Source: Candidatus Bathyarchaeota archaeon (GTDB lineage Archaea; Thermoproteota; Bathyarchaeia; Bathyarchaeales; Bathycorpusculaceae). Taken from it: a DNA stretch of 64,000 nt. A program made the translations under genes and the position numbers. Below, piece after piece: positions 20,626-31,963 of the stretch. Each line of letters starts with the position of its first letter. The stretch's first letter is position 1. Location of the stretch: the NCBI GenBank assembly GCA_963777155.1, contig CAVZPM010000009.1:1-64000 (forward strand). Reading direction: 5' to 3'. The notes beneath the pieces were generated by a model. That model searched no databases. It was not told the DNA's origin and saw nothing but the letters and a program-made list of their open reading frames with translations.

Positions 20626-21054
20626 ATGATTAGAGTGAACGTAGTTATTACTAGCATTTCTGGAGAACGTTTCTGGGATATTAGAAAGCCAATTCCGCCA
20701 ATTCAGATTAACACTAACATTAACCTTGTTGGCATGGAAAAGAAACCAGATGAATCTTTAGAGGTGCCTTTTGTTTTGTCGATTGGTTACAATCCGTCCA
20801 TAGCTCAGTTGAGCTTAAAGGGGAACGCTTTTGTTAACGGTGAAAAAAGCGAACTTGATAAAATCCTTAAGGACTATGATCAAAAAAAGCCTCCGGCACA
20901 AATAATCATGCAATCAATATCCAACGTTGTCTTCATCGAATCCGTATTAATTTCGAGAACGCTAAATATTCCGCCACCGATTCCACTCCCCCAGATTCCT
21001 GAGGCAGGAAAACCAGCAAGCGCAAAGCCTGAGGGACGAGACTACAGCGCCTAA
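20626..21054 (+). CDS. Conserved-looking hypothetical protein
   Basis: 142 aa ending ...SRTLNIPPPIPLP; function not recognised. Confidence 0.8.
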   Translation: MIRVNVVITSISGERFWDIRKPIPPIQINTNINLVGMEKKPDESLEVPFVLSIGYNPSIAQLSLKGNAFVNGEKSELDKILKDYDQKKPPAQIIMQSISNVVFIESVLISRTLNIPPPIPLPQIPEAGKPASAKPEGRDYSA

Positions 21055-22547
21055 AGAAAACCCTTAAACTTTTTTGCCAAAGCATCAGCAATCTTTAGCT
21101 CAATTGGGAAACTAAAGTTTCTGTGGCACCAACGGTATTTCTCAATCCTGTTCATTATGCCGTAGGCAAACTTGAATGATATGGTACGTTCTTTTATTCT
21201 CGCTTCAGGATAAAACGCAAGGCGAGTAACTGCTGAAATTGTATGTAGCTTTTCGATCTGTGCTTTGCTGTGCCATGGCGGATTAAAATGGAACACTTCT
21301 ATATTTCCCCAGTCTTCGAGTGATTGAGGTGGTACAAATTCTGAGGGCAGGTATTGCATGACTGTACTTGGGAATGGAGTGTAGACAAAAATGCCATAAT
21401 GCTGTGTTTTAGGGTTAACATCTCGCATTCGGTCCATTAAATTGAAAGTGTCCTCTAAATCCTCATCTGTTTCGCCAGGCAAACCACTCATCCAAGATAC
21501 ATATGGCTCAATGGAGGGAGCCCAACGTCTCAAATTTTCTACCGACCTCAGCATTTCATCTGCAGTCACATCTTTGCAGATAAGTTGCTGGAGACGGTCC
21601 GAACCTGATTCACCTCCAAAATCTAACTCAACGCATCCAGCCTTCTCTAAGAGCTGAAGAAAATCTTTATCGTAGGTGGCTAGGTAATCGAAACGGCAGT
21701 TGGCGCGCCAGTGAACATTAAGATTTCTTTCTAAAAGTCCAGTACATATTTCCTTCACACGGGACTCATCCACAAACACATTGTCGTCGATTGGGTCTAT
21801 GATTTTGATGTGAGGGTATTTTTTCAGGATATACTCAATTTCATCAAGGACTCTTTTTGCGCTTTTTCCTCGCCATTGGCTCTTGTTAAATATTGAGTTG
21901 TAACAGAAACCACACCTATGGGGGCATCCTCGGCTGGTTTGAATATGAAAACGGCCTGACTTAAACGATGGGTACTTATCCATTCGAAGTAGGTTATAGG
22001 GTAGAGCTATGGGTATTGCATCTAAATCAATTACCTTTCCATCAGGGTTACTTCTGATTAAACCATTAACATTGTATGTTATACCTGCAACATCCTCAAG
22101 TGGTCTGTTTAGGGCAAGAGCCGATGCAAGATCTTTAACGATTAATTCGCCTTCGCCTCGGACAACTATGTCGACAAAATCGTTTTTTGCAGTTTGTTCG
22201 GGCAGAAGAGTTGGGTGAACACCACCCCAGACCAGCAGGCATGAAGGATTATGCGCTCTTACATAACTGGCAAACTCTAGTGCATACTTGATTTGTAAAC
22301 CACTCATGCAACTAATTCCGACAAAAACTGGATTCCCAACTTTTATTTGGCGATAATCTTCTAGACGCATATCAAGAATACGAACATTAAACCCATCTTG
22401 TTTTAGCGAGGCGGCAATATGTAAAAGGGCAAGCGGAACCTGTGGGTCAGGCGCTTTGAATTTTCCCGGGAAAACAAGCAAAACATCCTTTTGACCGCCA
22501 GAATGCAAGTTACGAGAACGAGCTATGCCGGACTGAAAACGTGGCAA
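21051..22547 (-). CDS. Cobalamin-binding radical SAM protein
   Basis: N-terminal B12 domain (WGGVHPT, VVRGEGE); SRGCPHRCGFC; GGESGS. Confidence 0.93.
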   Translation of the reverse strand: MPRFQSGIARSRNLHSGGQKDVLLVFPGKFKAPDPQVPLALLHIAASLKQDGFNVRILDMRLEDYRQIKVGNPVFVGISCMSGLQIKYALEFASYVRAHNPSCLLVWGGVHPTLLPEQTAKNDFVDIVVRGEGELIVKDLASALALNRPLEDVAGITYNVNGLIRSNPDGKVIDLDAIPIALPYNLLRMDKYPSFKSGRFHIQTSRGCPHRCGFCYNSIFNKSQWRGKSAKRVLDEIEYILKKYPHIKIIDPIDDNVFVDESRVKEICTGLLERNLNVHWRANCRFDYLATYDKDFLQLLEKAGCVELDFGGESGSDRLQQLICKDVTADEMLRSVENLRRWAPSIEPYVSWMSGLPGETDEDLEDTFNLMDRMRDVNPKTQHYGIFVYTPFPSTVMQYLPSEFVPPQSLEDWGNIEVFHFNPPWHSKAQIEKLHTISAVTRLAFYPEARIKERTISFKFAYGIMNRIEKYRWCHRNFSFPIELKIADALAKKFKGFL

Positions 22548-22717
22548 CTGAAAACCTCAGTAAAAAATAGCCAATAGCTGTATTAACACTTTACTTAATT
22601 GAACCCGAATTAGTGTTTGGGTGCTTAACCCATGGAAGTGCAGTTTTGAGGAGTAGCATGTGGGTATGCGAAAACATCAATAATTAAGAAGAAAGGAAAA
22701 TAGAGGAAAGGGTTGGT

Positions 22718-23122
22718 TTATTTTAGCGGCACATACATCGAAGAACGTGATGCACCGATACCTGGAGTTCCATGTCTAACAGGTTTGTTGGTTATGGCGA
22801 ACTCTCCTAGGTAGTGACCAATCATCTCTGGCTTGATATCCAAAGCGACAAAATCTTTGCCATTATGCACACCAATTTTGGCACCCACCATCTCTGGTAA
22901 GATGATCAGGTCTCGGACATGGGTTTTTATTGTAACATCTTTGCCTTGTTTCTGGATTTCTTTGGCTTCGCGTAGTTTTTCGAGCAGTATGCGTTGTTCC
23001 GCTGTTAGTCCGCGTTGTAGGCTTCTTCTTTGGCGTGAAGGGAGCAGATTGATGAATTCATCCATGGACATCCCTGTTAGATTGGCAAGGCTGTGTCCAC
23101 GATAGTTAAATTCTTTCGGCAT
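22718..23122 (-). CDS. rps19p: 30S ribosomal protein S19 (uS19)
   Basis: [29 protein letters not shown]. Confidence 0.98.
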   Translation of the reverse strand: MPKEFNYRGHSLANLTGMSMDEFINLLPSRQRRSLQRGLTAEQRILLEKLREAKEIQKQGKDVTIKTHVRDLIILPEMVGAKIGVHNGKDFVALDIKPEMIGHYLGEFAITNKPVRHGTPGIGASRSSMYVPLK

Positions 23123-23167
23123 CTTTCATCTTTCCTAAACTTGATTTTGTCCTCTATTATAGTTTCC

Positions 23168-23908
23168 TTATCGTATTGCCCGTTTCTTCTTTTGCCCTGG
23201 ACCACGTGCAGCGATGAGTCCGACTTTTTGTCCTGGTGGAGCGCCATGCGAAGTTGTTGTGCATCTGCGAGAGCTACGTTTGCTGCTTCCGTATGGGTGA
23301 ACTGCAGGAACCATTTTGCGACCACTAGTGCGCGGGTAAGTATGGCCTTTTGCTTTCATTAAGTGGAATTTCTCGCCAGCCTTCAGGAACGGTTTTTCGA
23401 TTCTTCCCGAAGCTGAAATTACTCCAACAGTTGATAAGCAGTAGTCGTCAACATAGCGTGTTCTTCCCGAAGGCAATCGTATCAGGGTACCTTGTGGTGT
23501 GTGACCGACAACGGTTGCGTATGCGCCTGAAGATTTTGCCATTTTTCCTCCATCACCTGGACGGAGTTCAAGATCGCAAACTATTGTTCCTTCAGGAACT
23601 TTGCCCAAAGGAATAATGTTGCCTATTTCAGCTGGAGCTTTTCCGCCGAAGCAGATTTGTTGTCCAGTAAAGACACCTTCAGGAACAACTGTGTAAATTG
23701 ATAAGCCATTCTCGAATTTAATTAGTGATAGAGGTGCTCCGCGTCCTGGATCATGTACAAGGTCGGTTATGGTGCCCATTATTGAAGCTTCGAAGGATTG
23801 TTTTGGCGCTATTGGTGGATACTTTGCTGGAGCAACACGTTTGTGGGTATTGGCACGGAAGTTTCTTCCACCGCGACCACGTCTTTGAACACGAATTCGT
23901 TTTCCCAT
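23168..23908 (-). CDS. rpl2p: 50S ribosomal protein L2 (uL2)
   Basis: MGKRIRVQRRG, HDPGRGAP, PPGQKVGLIAAR. Confidence 0.98.
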   Translation of the reverse strand: MGKRIRVQRRGRGGRNFRANTHKRVAPAKYPPIAPKQSFEASIMGTITDLVHDPGRGAPLSLIKFENGLSIYTVVPEGVFTGQQICFGGKAPAEIGNIIPLGKVPEGTIVCDLELRPGDGGKMAKSSGAYATVVGHTPQGTLIRLPSGRTRYVDDYCLSTVGVISASGRIEKPFLKAGEKFHLMKAKGHTYPRTSGRKMVPAVHPYGSSKRSSRRCTTTSHGAPPGQKVGLIAARGPGQKKKRAIR

Positions 23909-23928
23909 AAGTCATGCCTTCTTTATGT

Positions 23929-24189
23929 TTAGAGTATTCCAAGTTTGATTGCTACGTCTGAAGCTCGAAATTCTGGTTTTAGCTTCACAAACGCTTTCTT
24001 TTCGCCTTGAGGAGTAACGAGTAGGTTTACTTTGCTAACTTTTACCTCGTAGAGGGTTTCTACAGCACGTCTAACGTCGGCTTTTCCGGCTTTAAGGTTG
24101 ACTATGAAGATTAGTTTGTTGTCTTTTTCAACCATTACGCTGGCAGATTCTGTCATCAAAGGAAAAGTGATTATATCATTAAGGTCCAT
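23929..24189 (-). CDS. rpl23: 50S ribosomal protein L23 (uL23)
   Basis: PLMTESA...GEKKAFVKL. Confidence 0.97.
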   Translation of the reverse strand: MDLNDIITFPLMTESASVMVEKDNKLIFIVNLKAGKADVRRAVETLYEVKVSKVNLLVTPQGEKKAFVKLKPEFRASDVAIKLGIL

Positions 24190-24194
24190 TAGAT

Positions 24195-24974
24195 TTATTC
24201 TCCATATAAAGTTGTTAGTTTTTCGATTGCGCCATTAGTCCAAACAGTTAATCGCCCTGGATGAGTCCCTGGAGCAAGCATTTCTGTATTAAGATTAGCT
24301 ACCGTGGTTACTTCAACTCCTGGAAGGTTAGAAGCCGCATTTACCAAGCTTTTACCGTCAACAACCACTATTAGTGGTCCTACGGCTTGCTTCATTTTTC
24401 TTCCTCTGCGTTTGCCTTTGCCTGCGCGAATGTTACGACTATCCTTCACTCGGGTTAAGTCTTGGTCAATGCCAAGGTTCACGAATGCGTCTTCGACTTC
24501 TTTTGCCTTGGTTAAGCTTTCGAAGGCATCTTCTATCACTAATGGAAACTGGGGGACTTTTTCGGTTTTATGTCCACGGGAAGTTACAGTTTCTTTCTGG
24601 GCTGTTGCTGCGATAGCTGAAGTAAGTGCTAATTTTGCTTCTTTCTTTGGAATGCTCCTTAGAATGCGTTTTTCAACTTTTGGTGGATGGGGTTGTCTTC
24701 CTTTAACGGTGCTTGGAGCAAAAGCAGCTCGTCCACTGCCGCTTTTAATTCTTGGAACTCTTGCGGTTGCGCTACCTGTTCCGCGTGATTCTGCAGTGGT
24801 TTTCTTTCCAGCCATCAGATCTCTACCCTGTGGCTGTCTTCTGTTGGACTGTATTGCTAAAACCGCACGTTTTATCACGTCTGGTCTTAGCGGAGTTGAG
24901 AAAACTTTAGGAAGTTTGATTTTGCCTGTTGCTTTGCCCTGTAAATCAAAGATTTCTGCTGTTTTTTGTGTCAT
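24195..24974 (-). CDS. rpl4: 50S ribosomal protein L4 (uL4)
   Basis: RPDVI, IRAGKGKRRGR, LAPGTHPGRL. Confidence 0.98.
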   Translation of the reverse strand: MTQKTAEIFDLQGKATGKIKLPKVFSTPLRPDVIKRAVLAIQSNRRQPQGRDLMAGKKTTAESRGTGSATARVPRIKSGSGRAAFAPSTVKGRQPHPPKVEKRILRSIPKKEAKLALTSAIAATAQKETVTSRGHKTEKVPQFPLVIEDAFESLTKAKEVEDAFVNLGIDQDLTRVKDSRNIRAGKGKRRGRKMKQAVGPLIVVVDGKSLVNAASNLPGVEVTTVANLNTEMLAPGTHPGRLTVWTNGAIEKLTTLYGE

Positions 24975-24986
24975 CGCTTATTTCTC

Positions 24987-26003
24987 CTATTTTCCTTGTG
25001 GGGACTCCAGTGAGATATATGTGACTTGTGGTGCTGCTTCAGGTGCTTCTGTTGGTGGACGGGCTGGAACTCTTAGGCGAATTTGGCGTTTTTCTGTTCC
25101 AGGTACGCTGCCTTGGATAAGGATGTATGGTCCGTTGACTTCGCCGTATCGGACATATCCGCCTTTAACTGTGACTTCTTTGCCGTCTTTTCCGATTTTT
25201 AGGATACGTTTGTTGAATTCGATGCGTTGGTGATAACCCATCTGTCCAGCTCTTGGAATTGAGTACATTAGGTGGTGTGGGTTCCATGGACCAAGAGTGG
25301 CGATTCCACGTTTGGTTTTTCTGCCTTTATGCTGTAGGCAAGTTACTCCCCAGCGTTTAACTGGACCTTGGAAACCTTTGCCCACTGTTATGCCGCCGAC
25401 GTCTATGTATTGTCCGTCTTTGAACACTTCTTCAGGGGTTACTGTTTTGCCCAAAAGTTGTTTAGCGTATTCGAATTGTTGGGCGATTGTTCCGCCGCCG
25501 ATTTGGATTTCGCTTGTTTCTGGTTTCTTCTTTGAGAGACTGGTTTGTGATGGCTGAGTTGCGGCGATGACTCGAACTATGTTTGTTTGTTCGAGGTTTT
25601 GAGAGAGTTTCTCAATCATTGCCTCAGTGTTAAAGTTGTCTGGTAGAACTAGCGTTCGGTCGAGTAGGGCTGGTGGGTCTTTCATCCAAGCTTCTGATAT
25701 GTTTTGAAGCCCGTACGGTGTTTTAGTGTAAGTTCTAATGCCACAGATTAGGATAGGTGGCGTTTCGAGTATGGTTGCTGCTCGTGCAACTTCTTTACCG
25801 AAATGAGGAGAACGTTTACGGTCCTCGATTGTGAATACATAAGTCATGCCTGCTTTGTAGGCTGCTGAAAAACCTAAGAGTTTAGGAGAGTCAGATTTGA
25901 TTTCTGGCCAGTATCTTATTCGTGCTGTAGGTTTCTTTGCACGATGCCTTGGCAAGTAGGCTAGTGAACCATGTTTTGGAGCATGAGTTTTACGATGTCC
26001 CAT
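24987..26003 (-). CDS. rpl3: 50S ribosomal protein L3 (uL3)
   Basis: YKAGMT, GKGFQGPVKRWG, RAGQMGYHQR. Confidence 0.98.
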   Translation of the reverse strand: MGHRKTHAPKHGSLAYLPRHRAKKPTARIRYWPEIKSDSPKLLGFSAAYKAGMTYVFTIEDRKRSPHFGKEVARAATILETPPILICGIRTYTKTPYGLQNISEAWMKDPPALLDRTLVLPDNFNTEAMIEKLSQNLEQTNIVRVIAATQPSQTSLSKKKPETSEIQIGGGTIAQQFEYAKQLLGKTVTPEEVFKDGQYIDVGGITVGKGFQGPVKRWGVTCLQHKGRKTKRGIATLGPWNPHHLMYSIPRAGQMGYHQRIEFNKRILKIGKDGKEVTVKGGYVRYGEVNGPYILIQGSVPGTEKRQIRLRVPARPPTEAPEAAPQVTYISLESPQGK

Positions 26004-26456
26004 AGTACTTCAGCTTCGCGCCTCTACCAAATAGTAAAAGGGGTTATAAACGTTGCCTTCAAAAACGCAAAAGGATGGTGCAACTATTGAAAAAGCATTC
26101 AGGCACTTCCAGGTTATTTAGCGGCGCTAGATTAGCTTTTTGTGCTTAGCTATCGTTTGCAACTGATAAGATTTACCAAAGTTAATATTTTTTTTGTTAT
26201 GAGTTGCTTGCTGACGGATTTCTCTTATGGATTAAAATATGGGTGTTAGCCCTTAAAGTTGCCTCTGTTCATTAGAGCAAACTTTGATGCATTTAGTTTA
26301 GAATTGAGCGATAAGCAACATTAAAACAGAAACCTTGCGCAACATCTAGCGTTGACCACCTGTTTAAACCAGGAATTTTCAGATTCGTGAAGCTGAAAAT
26401 CTTGGCTTAATGCAGTGAAAACTCTTTTAGCCACAACTGCAAATGTTTAGGCTGGA

Positions 26457-26582
26457 GCCGGGGTGGCGGAGTGGTTATCGCGCCAGCCTCGAGATCAAAC
26501 AAAAGAGGGCTAAAGCCAGAAAATGGCAAGATAGCTGGTGGGCTTCGTGCTCGCAGGGGTTCGAATCCCTTCCCCGGCGCCA
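26457..26582 (+). tRNA. tRNA-Ser(CGA) with a 39-nt intron at 37/38 (26494-26532), CCA encoded
   Basis: Acceptor GCCGGGG/CCCCGGC, anticodon stem CCAGC/GCTGG, long variable arm, GTTCGAATC, discriminator G, relaxed BHB. Confidence 0.93.
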
Positions 26583-27271
26583 ACCATACTAACCACAGTA
26601 CACATGCATTATTTTCTTTTTCCAGGAGGAAAAAATGTTTGCATTGATTTTTTCTTCTTTCAACTTAAAGTTGATTCCTAACGCTATCCATCAGTTAACG
26701 GGTAGAAGAAGAAGCGCCCGTGCAGCAACCTTCTTCTTCTCTTAAAAGGTGGTTATAGTCGAAAGTTCACAACAAAAAGCCATTTTTCCCAACTGTTTTT
26801 CTCAAGCCGTTAAGTTACAGAATTTTGAATGAACTGTTAGTCCAGTCCAGCAAGCAGCTGATGCTTCAGAAATTTTCAATGTTGTTCAAGAGAGCTACCA
26901 GAAAATAATTCAAGTGCATCCAGAATCCCAGACATCAAAGATTATTAAGACAACCAGTTTTATTATGTATTGATTAAATAAGGGACATTCGACAGTTGAC
27001 CACCCAAGAAAAATTGCCAGCATACGGCGAACCATGAAAACAGATGCAAAAGTCTGAAGTGGCAATTAAGATCATTCCTCTTCTAAAGATCGAACCTAAT
27101 AGAATGCTACAAAAATGGAAAGTGCCTTCTATTGGATTTTAACCGAATTCTCAAGCTCCTCATGTCGATAAATTTGTGTTTGAACTTCTTCTCGCACAAC
27201 TTTTCAAGTAAAATCTTCAGTCAGTGTATCTGGGTTAATTTTATATTTGAATCCCGACAAACTATTGCTTA

Positions 27272-27484
27272 ATGAGTGGATTTGGCAAAATGCAGATGAT
27301 TGCTGAAGGCATCAGTGATTTTGGTGATTTTAAGGCTGTTTTGTTTAGAACAGCTGATGGACGTCATTTTGTACGCTATGAGTCCTTGAAAGATTTGGAG
27401 AAACCCCATATAGAGTGGCTTCATGGAACTGACTATTTAGAGTGGCTCAGATGCCTAGTCTACAATCAACATTGCAAGCTATAG
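27272..27484 (+). CDS. Small hypothetical protein
   Basis: 70-aa ORF with TTTATAT TATA-like box about 30 nt upstream. Confidence 0.55.
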   Translation: MSGFGKMQMIAEGISDFGDFKAVLFRTADGRHFVRYESLKDLEKPHIEWLHGTDYLEWLRCLVYNQHCKL

Positions 27485-27575
27485 ACGCAATATAACGACT
27501 ACCTGGAAGCTCGATTTTTATTAAAAACTTTTAGGTATAATAAATAAAGAAAGCGCAGCGGTGGTAAAAAACCGC

Positions 27576-29408
27576 TTACATGTAGGTTATGTCGTCCCAC
27601 GGATGTCTGTACAGACCCTGCTTGAGCCGCTTCTGGTCAAGGAAATGCGCTGTCATGCCAATGGTTCTGCCAAGAACAAAAAGCCCGTTTAGTGCACCCA
27701 TCTTTATGTATTCATTCGATTCCTCTTTGGACAATTCGTTTCTAAGCATGTCGACGAAGCAGATGCCGATGCAGCCGTCTACGTTGAGGATGAGGTTGTC
27801 TTTCTTTGCGGTCGTTAACTTCTCCACTTCTAGGGCATAGTCGAGGAGCGGCGTGGCTTTGAAGTTTCTTTTCGCGTATTCTTTCATAATGGTGACTCGC
27901 ATGTCAGGGTTGTTGACGCTCTTGATTAGGTGACCGATGCCCTGAATGTTTTCTCCTTTGTGCTTCATCTCCTCGACAAACTGCGCAGGAGTAAGACCTC
28001 GATCATACGCATCAGAGAACGCTTGCGCTGCACCATCGATGGCGCCTCCAAATCTGGGTCCAATGGTTAGTAAGCCGCTTGCTACTGAAGACATCAAATC
28101 TTTCCCTGCGCGTGCTGCGACTATTGCGTTATGGGCGCCTGAAACTGCTGGTCCATGGTCAGCTGTCACCATTATAGCCATTTCAATGAATTTGGTTGCG
28201 TATTGGGGAAACTTTTGCTTAAACCACAGTATGCTTAGTACGCCGCCGATGCCTATGTCTTGTTTGACGACTTCGGATATTGGCATTTTGCCGTAGAGCA
28301 GTTCTTCGCCGCGGTCGTCAGAGATTGTGCAGATGAAGTTTGAAGGTTTACGGATGAGACCTTCCTTTAGCGCTTTGGCGTAGTCCATGGGGATTTTTGG
28401 CACTGGAGGCTCTGGTTTTGGTTTGATTATGCCTTTCTTGACCAGGCTTTCGTATGTTTCCTTGATTTTTTGGTCGTAGTCGTCATATGAGCTGGGAACT
28501 ATGGCTCCTGCAGCTCGGAGCGCCGCATTCTTTGCATCTGCAGTTTCTACTTCGCTGCCTGCTTTTGCGCCGGCATGCCCGAATTGAACTTCGGTTTTGA
28601 AGGCTTTGGAGCATGTGCCAGTAACCCAAATCACCAGCGGCTTGGTTATCTTCCCGGTTTTAAGTGCCTTCGCTATCTCATATTCGGCGCTTCCGCCTAC
28701 TTCACCAAGGCAAACCAACATCTTTATGTCCGGTATGTTCTCGAACCTTACCAAGTGATCTAAAAGTGTGGAGCCCGGATAGGTGTCTCCGCCAATGGCT
28801 ATACCCTCATACAAGCCATCAGTGTTTCGAGCGATTATGTTGTAGGCTTCGTTGCTTAAACCGCCGGATTTAGACACAAAACCCACGGAGCCTGGTCTGT
28901 GAAGTTTGGAGTCGATAATGTTCTCGATTGTGCCGCCGGCATTGCCTATTTTGAAGCAGCCAGCTTTTATGCCGCCGACTGTGGCGGGACCGATGATGAC
29001 TTTTCCCAGAGCTTTTGCCTTAGCTGTTACCAGTTTCATTCGCCGCTCGGGCACGCCTTCCGCGATTATCACAATCGTCCGTAACTGAGGGATTGCTAGC
29101 GCTTCTTCCGTAGAGGGTGCAGCGGATCGGAATGATGCGAAGTTTATCATGACATCTACGTTGGGATGCATCTTCGCCGCTTTCTCGATGGTCTTGTAGA
29201 CGGGTATTAGGATTTCCCGTGTCCCGAAGAAGAATTTTGCATAGCCGTCGCTGCCAGTCGGGTTAATTATCGCTGCTACGGACGGGGTTTCTCGTCCTGA
29301 GGCGTAGTCGAAGTCGAGCATCCTCTGTGTTGCATTGACCTGGTTGTTGTAGATGAATGACTGCGTAGTTTTGCTAAACAGTTCACTGTTGGTAGTTGTC
29401 TTTGACAT
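27576..29408 (-). CDS. aclA: ATP citrate lyase alpha subunit
   Basis: [23 protein letters not shown] phospho-His, [30 protein letters not shown]. Confidence 0.96.
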   Translation of the reverse strand: MSKTTTNSELFSKTTQSFIYNNQVNATQRMLDFDYASGRETPSVAAIINPTGSDGYAKFFFGTREILIPVYKTIEKAAKMHPNVDVMINFASFRSAAPSTEEALAIPQLRTIVIIAEGVPERRMKLVTAKAKALGKVIIGPATVGGIKAGCFKIGNAGGTIENIIDSKLHRPGSVGFVSKSGGLSNEAYNIIARNTDGLYEGIAIGGDTYPGSTLLDHLVRFENIPDIKMLVCLGEVGGSAEYEIAKALKTGKITKPLVIWVTGTCSKAFKTEVQFGHAGAKAGSEVETADAKNAALRAAGAIVPSSYDDYDQKIKETYESLVKKGIIKPKPEPPVPKIPMDYAKALKEGLIRKPSNFICTISDDRGEELLYGKMPISEVVKQDIGIGGVLSILWFKQKFPQYATKFIEMAIMVTADHGPAVSGAHNAIVAARAGKDLMSSVASGLLTIGPRFGGAIDGAAQAFSDAYDRGLTPAQFVEEMKHKGENIQGIGHLIKSVNNPDMRVTIMKEYAKRNFKATPLLDYALEVEKLTTAKKDNLILNVDGCIGICFVDMLRNELSKEESNEYIKMGALNGLFVLGRTIGMTAHFLDQKRLKQGLYRHPWDDITYM

Positions 29409-29409
29409 G

Positions 29410-30724
29410 TTAGTTTGCTCCTTTCAAAGCCATTGAAACAATCCTTGTCATGTGTGTTTCAGGTCCATAGACTTCGATCGGAACACCCAGTTTTTCGCCA
29501 AGCTGTCGCATCTGTGCCAATCCTTCCTTGTAGTTGGGTCCGCCTCTTCGCACGAAAATCTTCACTTTGTTGTCTTGGAGTTGTTTTTGGTATTCTTTGA
29601 GCGCTTTCATTATGCCCTTGAACGTCGCGGCTACGTCAGTGAAGTTTGCTATGCCTCCACCTATAAGCAGGAACTTTGCCTTTCGGGTTTGCCTTCCTTG
29701 TCATGAGGTCGAGGATTGTTTTGGCATACAGGTAAGTGAATTCTTCGCTTGGATCGCCTGAGTACTCGCCATAGTTTGCCAGCTCATACATGCAGCCTAA
29801 ATCGGTGATTGTGTCAGCGTATATGACAGATGCGCCGCCACCTGCCACCATAGTCCAGACTCTACCCTCAGGGTTAAGCACGGTTAACTTAAGTGAAGCT
29901 CCAGTCTTAGAGTCCAAGTCCTCGATGTAAGCCTCCTCGTTAGTAAGTGTGCGACCAAACGGCGCTGGAAACTCTATCTTACCCCATTTCTCTCCGCTCT
30001 CAAACTCGGCTGTGGTATCGAGTTTGGCTGCAAGGTCCACTGGAATAACTGAATCCTCAGTAACCGCAACTGGATTTATCTCTAAGTATGTGAAGTTGAG
30101 GTCTGCATAGAATTTGAATAGAGATTCGATGAAGCCTGCAACACGTGCTTTGCGATCTGCGGGCATATTTGTGAGGAGTTTCTTCTCAAGTTCCTCCGCT
30201 GTTGGGTACGTGCCGATGGGCACTTCGAAGCGTACGGCTTTACTGTCGACATCTCCCACGTTGACGCCCCCTTCATGGTGGAAAAGTATGGTGTCCCCTG
30301 TTTCGGTGGATATTATGGCAACGTAGCATTCATCCGATTCCTCGTAGGTCACGAACGGTTTAATAATAAAATGTGTAAGTTGCCCCACGGTTCCTTTGTC
30401 GGCGGGTTTTCCGTCTGCGTCGAATTTACCGTAGATGGTTATGGGCGCCTTGGACTTTTCCTTTATCCATGCTTTGGCTTGGTCGTAGCTTACGCCAACG
30501 AGGACCAGTTTGTTCTTTCCCCTTCGTTTTATGAGTTGGTCGGGTTTAACAACCAGCTTCTCAGTGTTCAGCCAGGAGTATTGATTCGGCAATTGGTCCA
30601 TGTCAGTGTTTGGCGCTACCGTTACGATTTTATCGGATATCTCGTATTTTCCGTTGGAGTAGTCTTTAAAGAGACGGGCGAGCATTCGTGTTCCGTCTGC
30701 TTCTCGTATTGCTTTATGTGCCAT
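29410..30724 (-). CDS. aclB: ATP citrate lyase beta subunit, interrupted by a +1 frameshift near 29672
   Basis: [31 protein letters not shown]; next frame continues [19 protein letters not shown]...VRRGGPNY...GPETHMT. Confidence 0.92.
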
Positions 30725-30733
30725 CGTGTTTCC

Positions 30734-31951
30734 TCACTTGAGTTTCTTTTGGAGCCCTTTTGCAACCTCAGCAATGAACTCTTCGGTGGAAACCTGCTTG
30801 TTCTTGGGGTCCGGCGTAGCAACGAGCAGCAGATCACCTGTCATTATGCCACTTTCAACAGTTTCAAGTGCTGCGTCCTCAAGCTTCTTTGCGAACTCCA
30901 CGACTTCTGGTGTTTCGTCTAACTCACCTCTCTTTCGCAGGCAGCCTGTCCAAGCGAAGATAAGCGCCATGGAGTTGCTGGATGTTTTTTCGCCCTTGAG
31001 GTATTTGTAATAGTGTTTCTGAACGGTACCGTGGGAAGCCTCGAATTCGTAGAATCCCTGTGGGCTGACGAGCACCGAAGTCATCATGGCTAAGCTGCCG
31101 TAAGCAGAGCCCAACATGTCGCTCATGACGTCGCCGTCATAGTTCTTGCAGGCCCACAGCAAACCCCCCTCAGTCTTCATAATTCTTGCAACCGCATCAT
31201 CGATGAGCGTGAAGAAATATTCGAGCCCAGCTTCCTTGAATTTGGCTTTCCAGTTAGCTTCGTATTCTTGCTCGAAGATCTTCTTGAATTGAGCATCGTA
31301 TGTCTTAGATATTGTGTCCTTTGCTCCGAACCATAGGTTGATTTTCTGGTCGTAAGCGTAGGTGAAACATGCTTTAGCGAAGCTTGCGATTGATTTGTCA
31401 GTGTTGTGTATACCTTGGATTATACCGGGACCCTTGAAATCCTGGATTGTTCCACGCCATAGTTCCTTGCCAGTGATGCTAGTGAACACCAGCTCCGCTT
31501 TTCCTGCTTCTGGTACTCGGTACTCACAGTTCTTGTACACGTCGCCATAAGCGTGCCTTCCAATGTGGATGGGTTTCTTCCATGACCTAACTGCAGGCAA
31601 AACATTTCTAACCAAAATCGGCGCCCTAAAGACTGTGCCATCTAGTGCAGCTCGAATGGTTCCGTTGGGGCTACTCCATTCCTGCTTGAGATTGTATTCT
31701 TTCACGCGGTCTTTGTTAGGTGTGATGGTGGCGCATTTGACTCCGACACCGTATTTTTTAATGGCTTCGGCAGCTTCAAGGGTTATCTTGTCCCCTGTTT
31801 CGTCTCTTTTTTTCAGTTGGAGGTCGTAGTAGACAAGGTTCATGTCGAGGTAGGGCAAAAGAAGTTGGTCTTTTACCATTTGCCACATTACTCGGGTCAT
31901 TTCGTCGCCGTCGATTTCAACTATTGGTGTCTTAACATTTATTTTGCTCAT
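30734..31951 (-). CDS. icd: Isocitrate dehydrogenase, NADP-dependent type II
   Basis: [38 protein letters not shown]. Confidence 0.97.
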   Translation of the reverse strand: MSKINVKTPIVEIDGDEMTRVMWQMVKDQLLLPYLDMNLVYYDLQLKKRDETGDKITLEAAEAIKKYGVGVKCATITPNKDRVKEYNLKQEWSSPNGTIRAALDGTVFRAPILVRNVLPAVRSWKKPIHIGRHAYGDVYKNCEYRVPEAGKAELVFTSITGKELWRGTIQDFKGPGIIQGIHNTDKSIASFAKACFTYAYDQKINLWFGAKDTISKTYDAQFKKIFEQEYEANWKAKFKEAGLEYFFTLIDDAVARIMKTEGGLLWACKNYDGDVMSDMLGSAYGSLAMMTSVLVSPQGFYEFEASHGTVQKHYYKYLKGEKTSSNSMALIFAWTGCLRKRGELDETPEVVEFAKKLEDAALETVESGIMTGDLLLVATPDPKNKQVSTEEFIAEVAKGLQKKLK

Positions 31952-31963
31952 GGGTTTAAGCCT

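Noticed and set aside
24304-25233. 309-aa plus-strand ORF
   Set aside because: Antisense shadow of rpl4 and rpl3 with no protein-like motifs
29410-29610. 66-aa ORF as a separate gene
   Set aside because: It is the frameshifted C-terminus of aclB
30275-30922. 215-aa plus-strand ORF
   Set aside because: Antisense to aclB and icd
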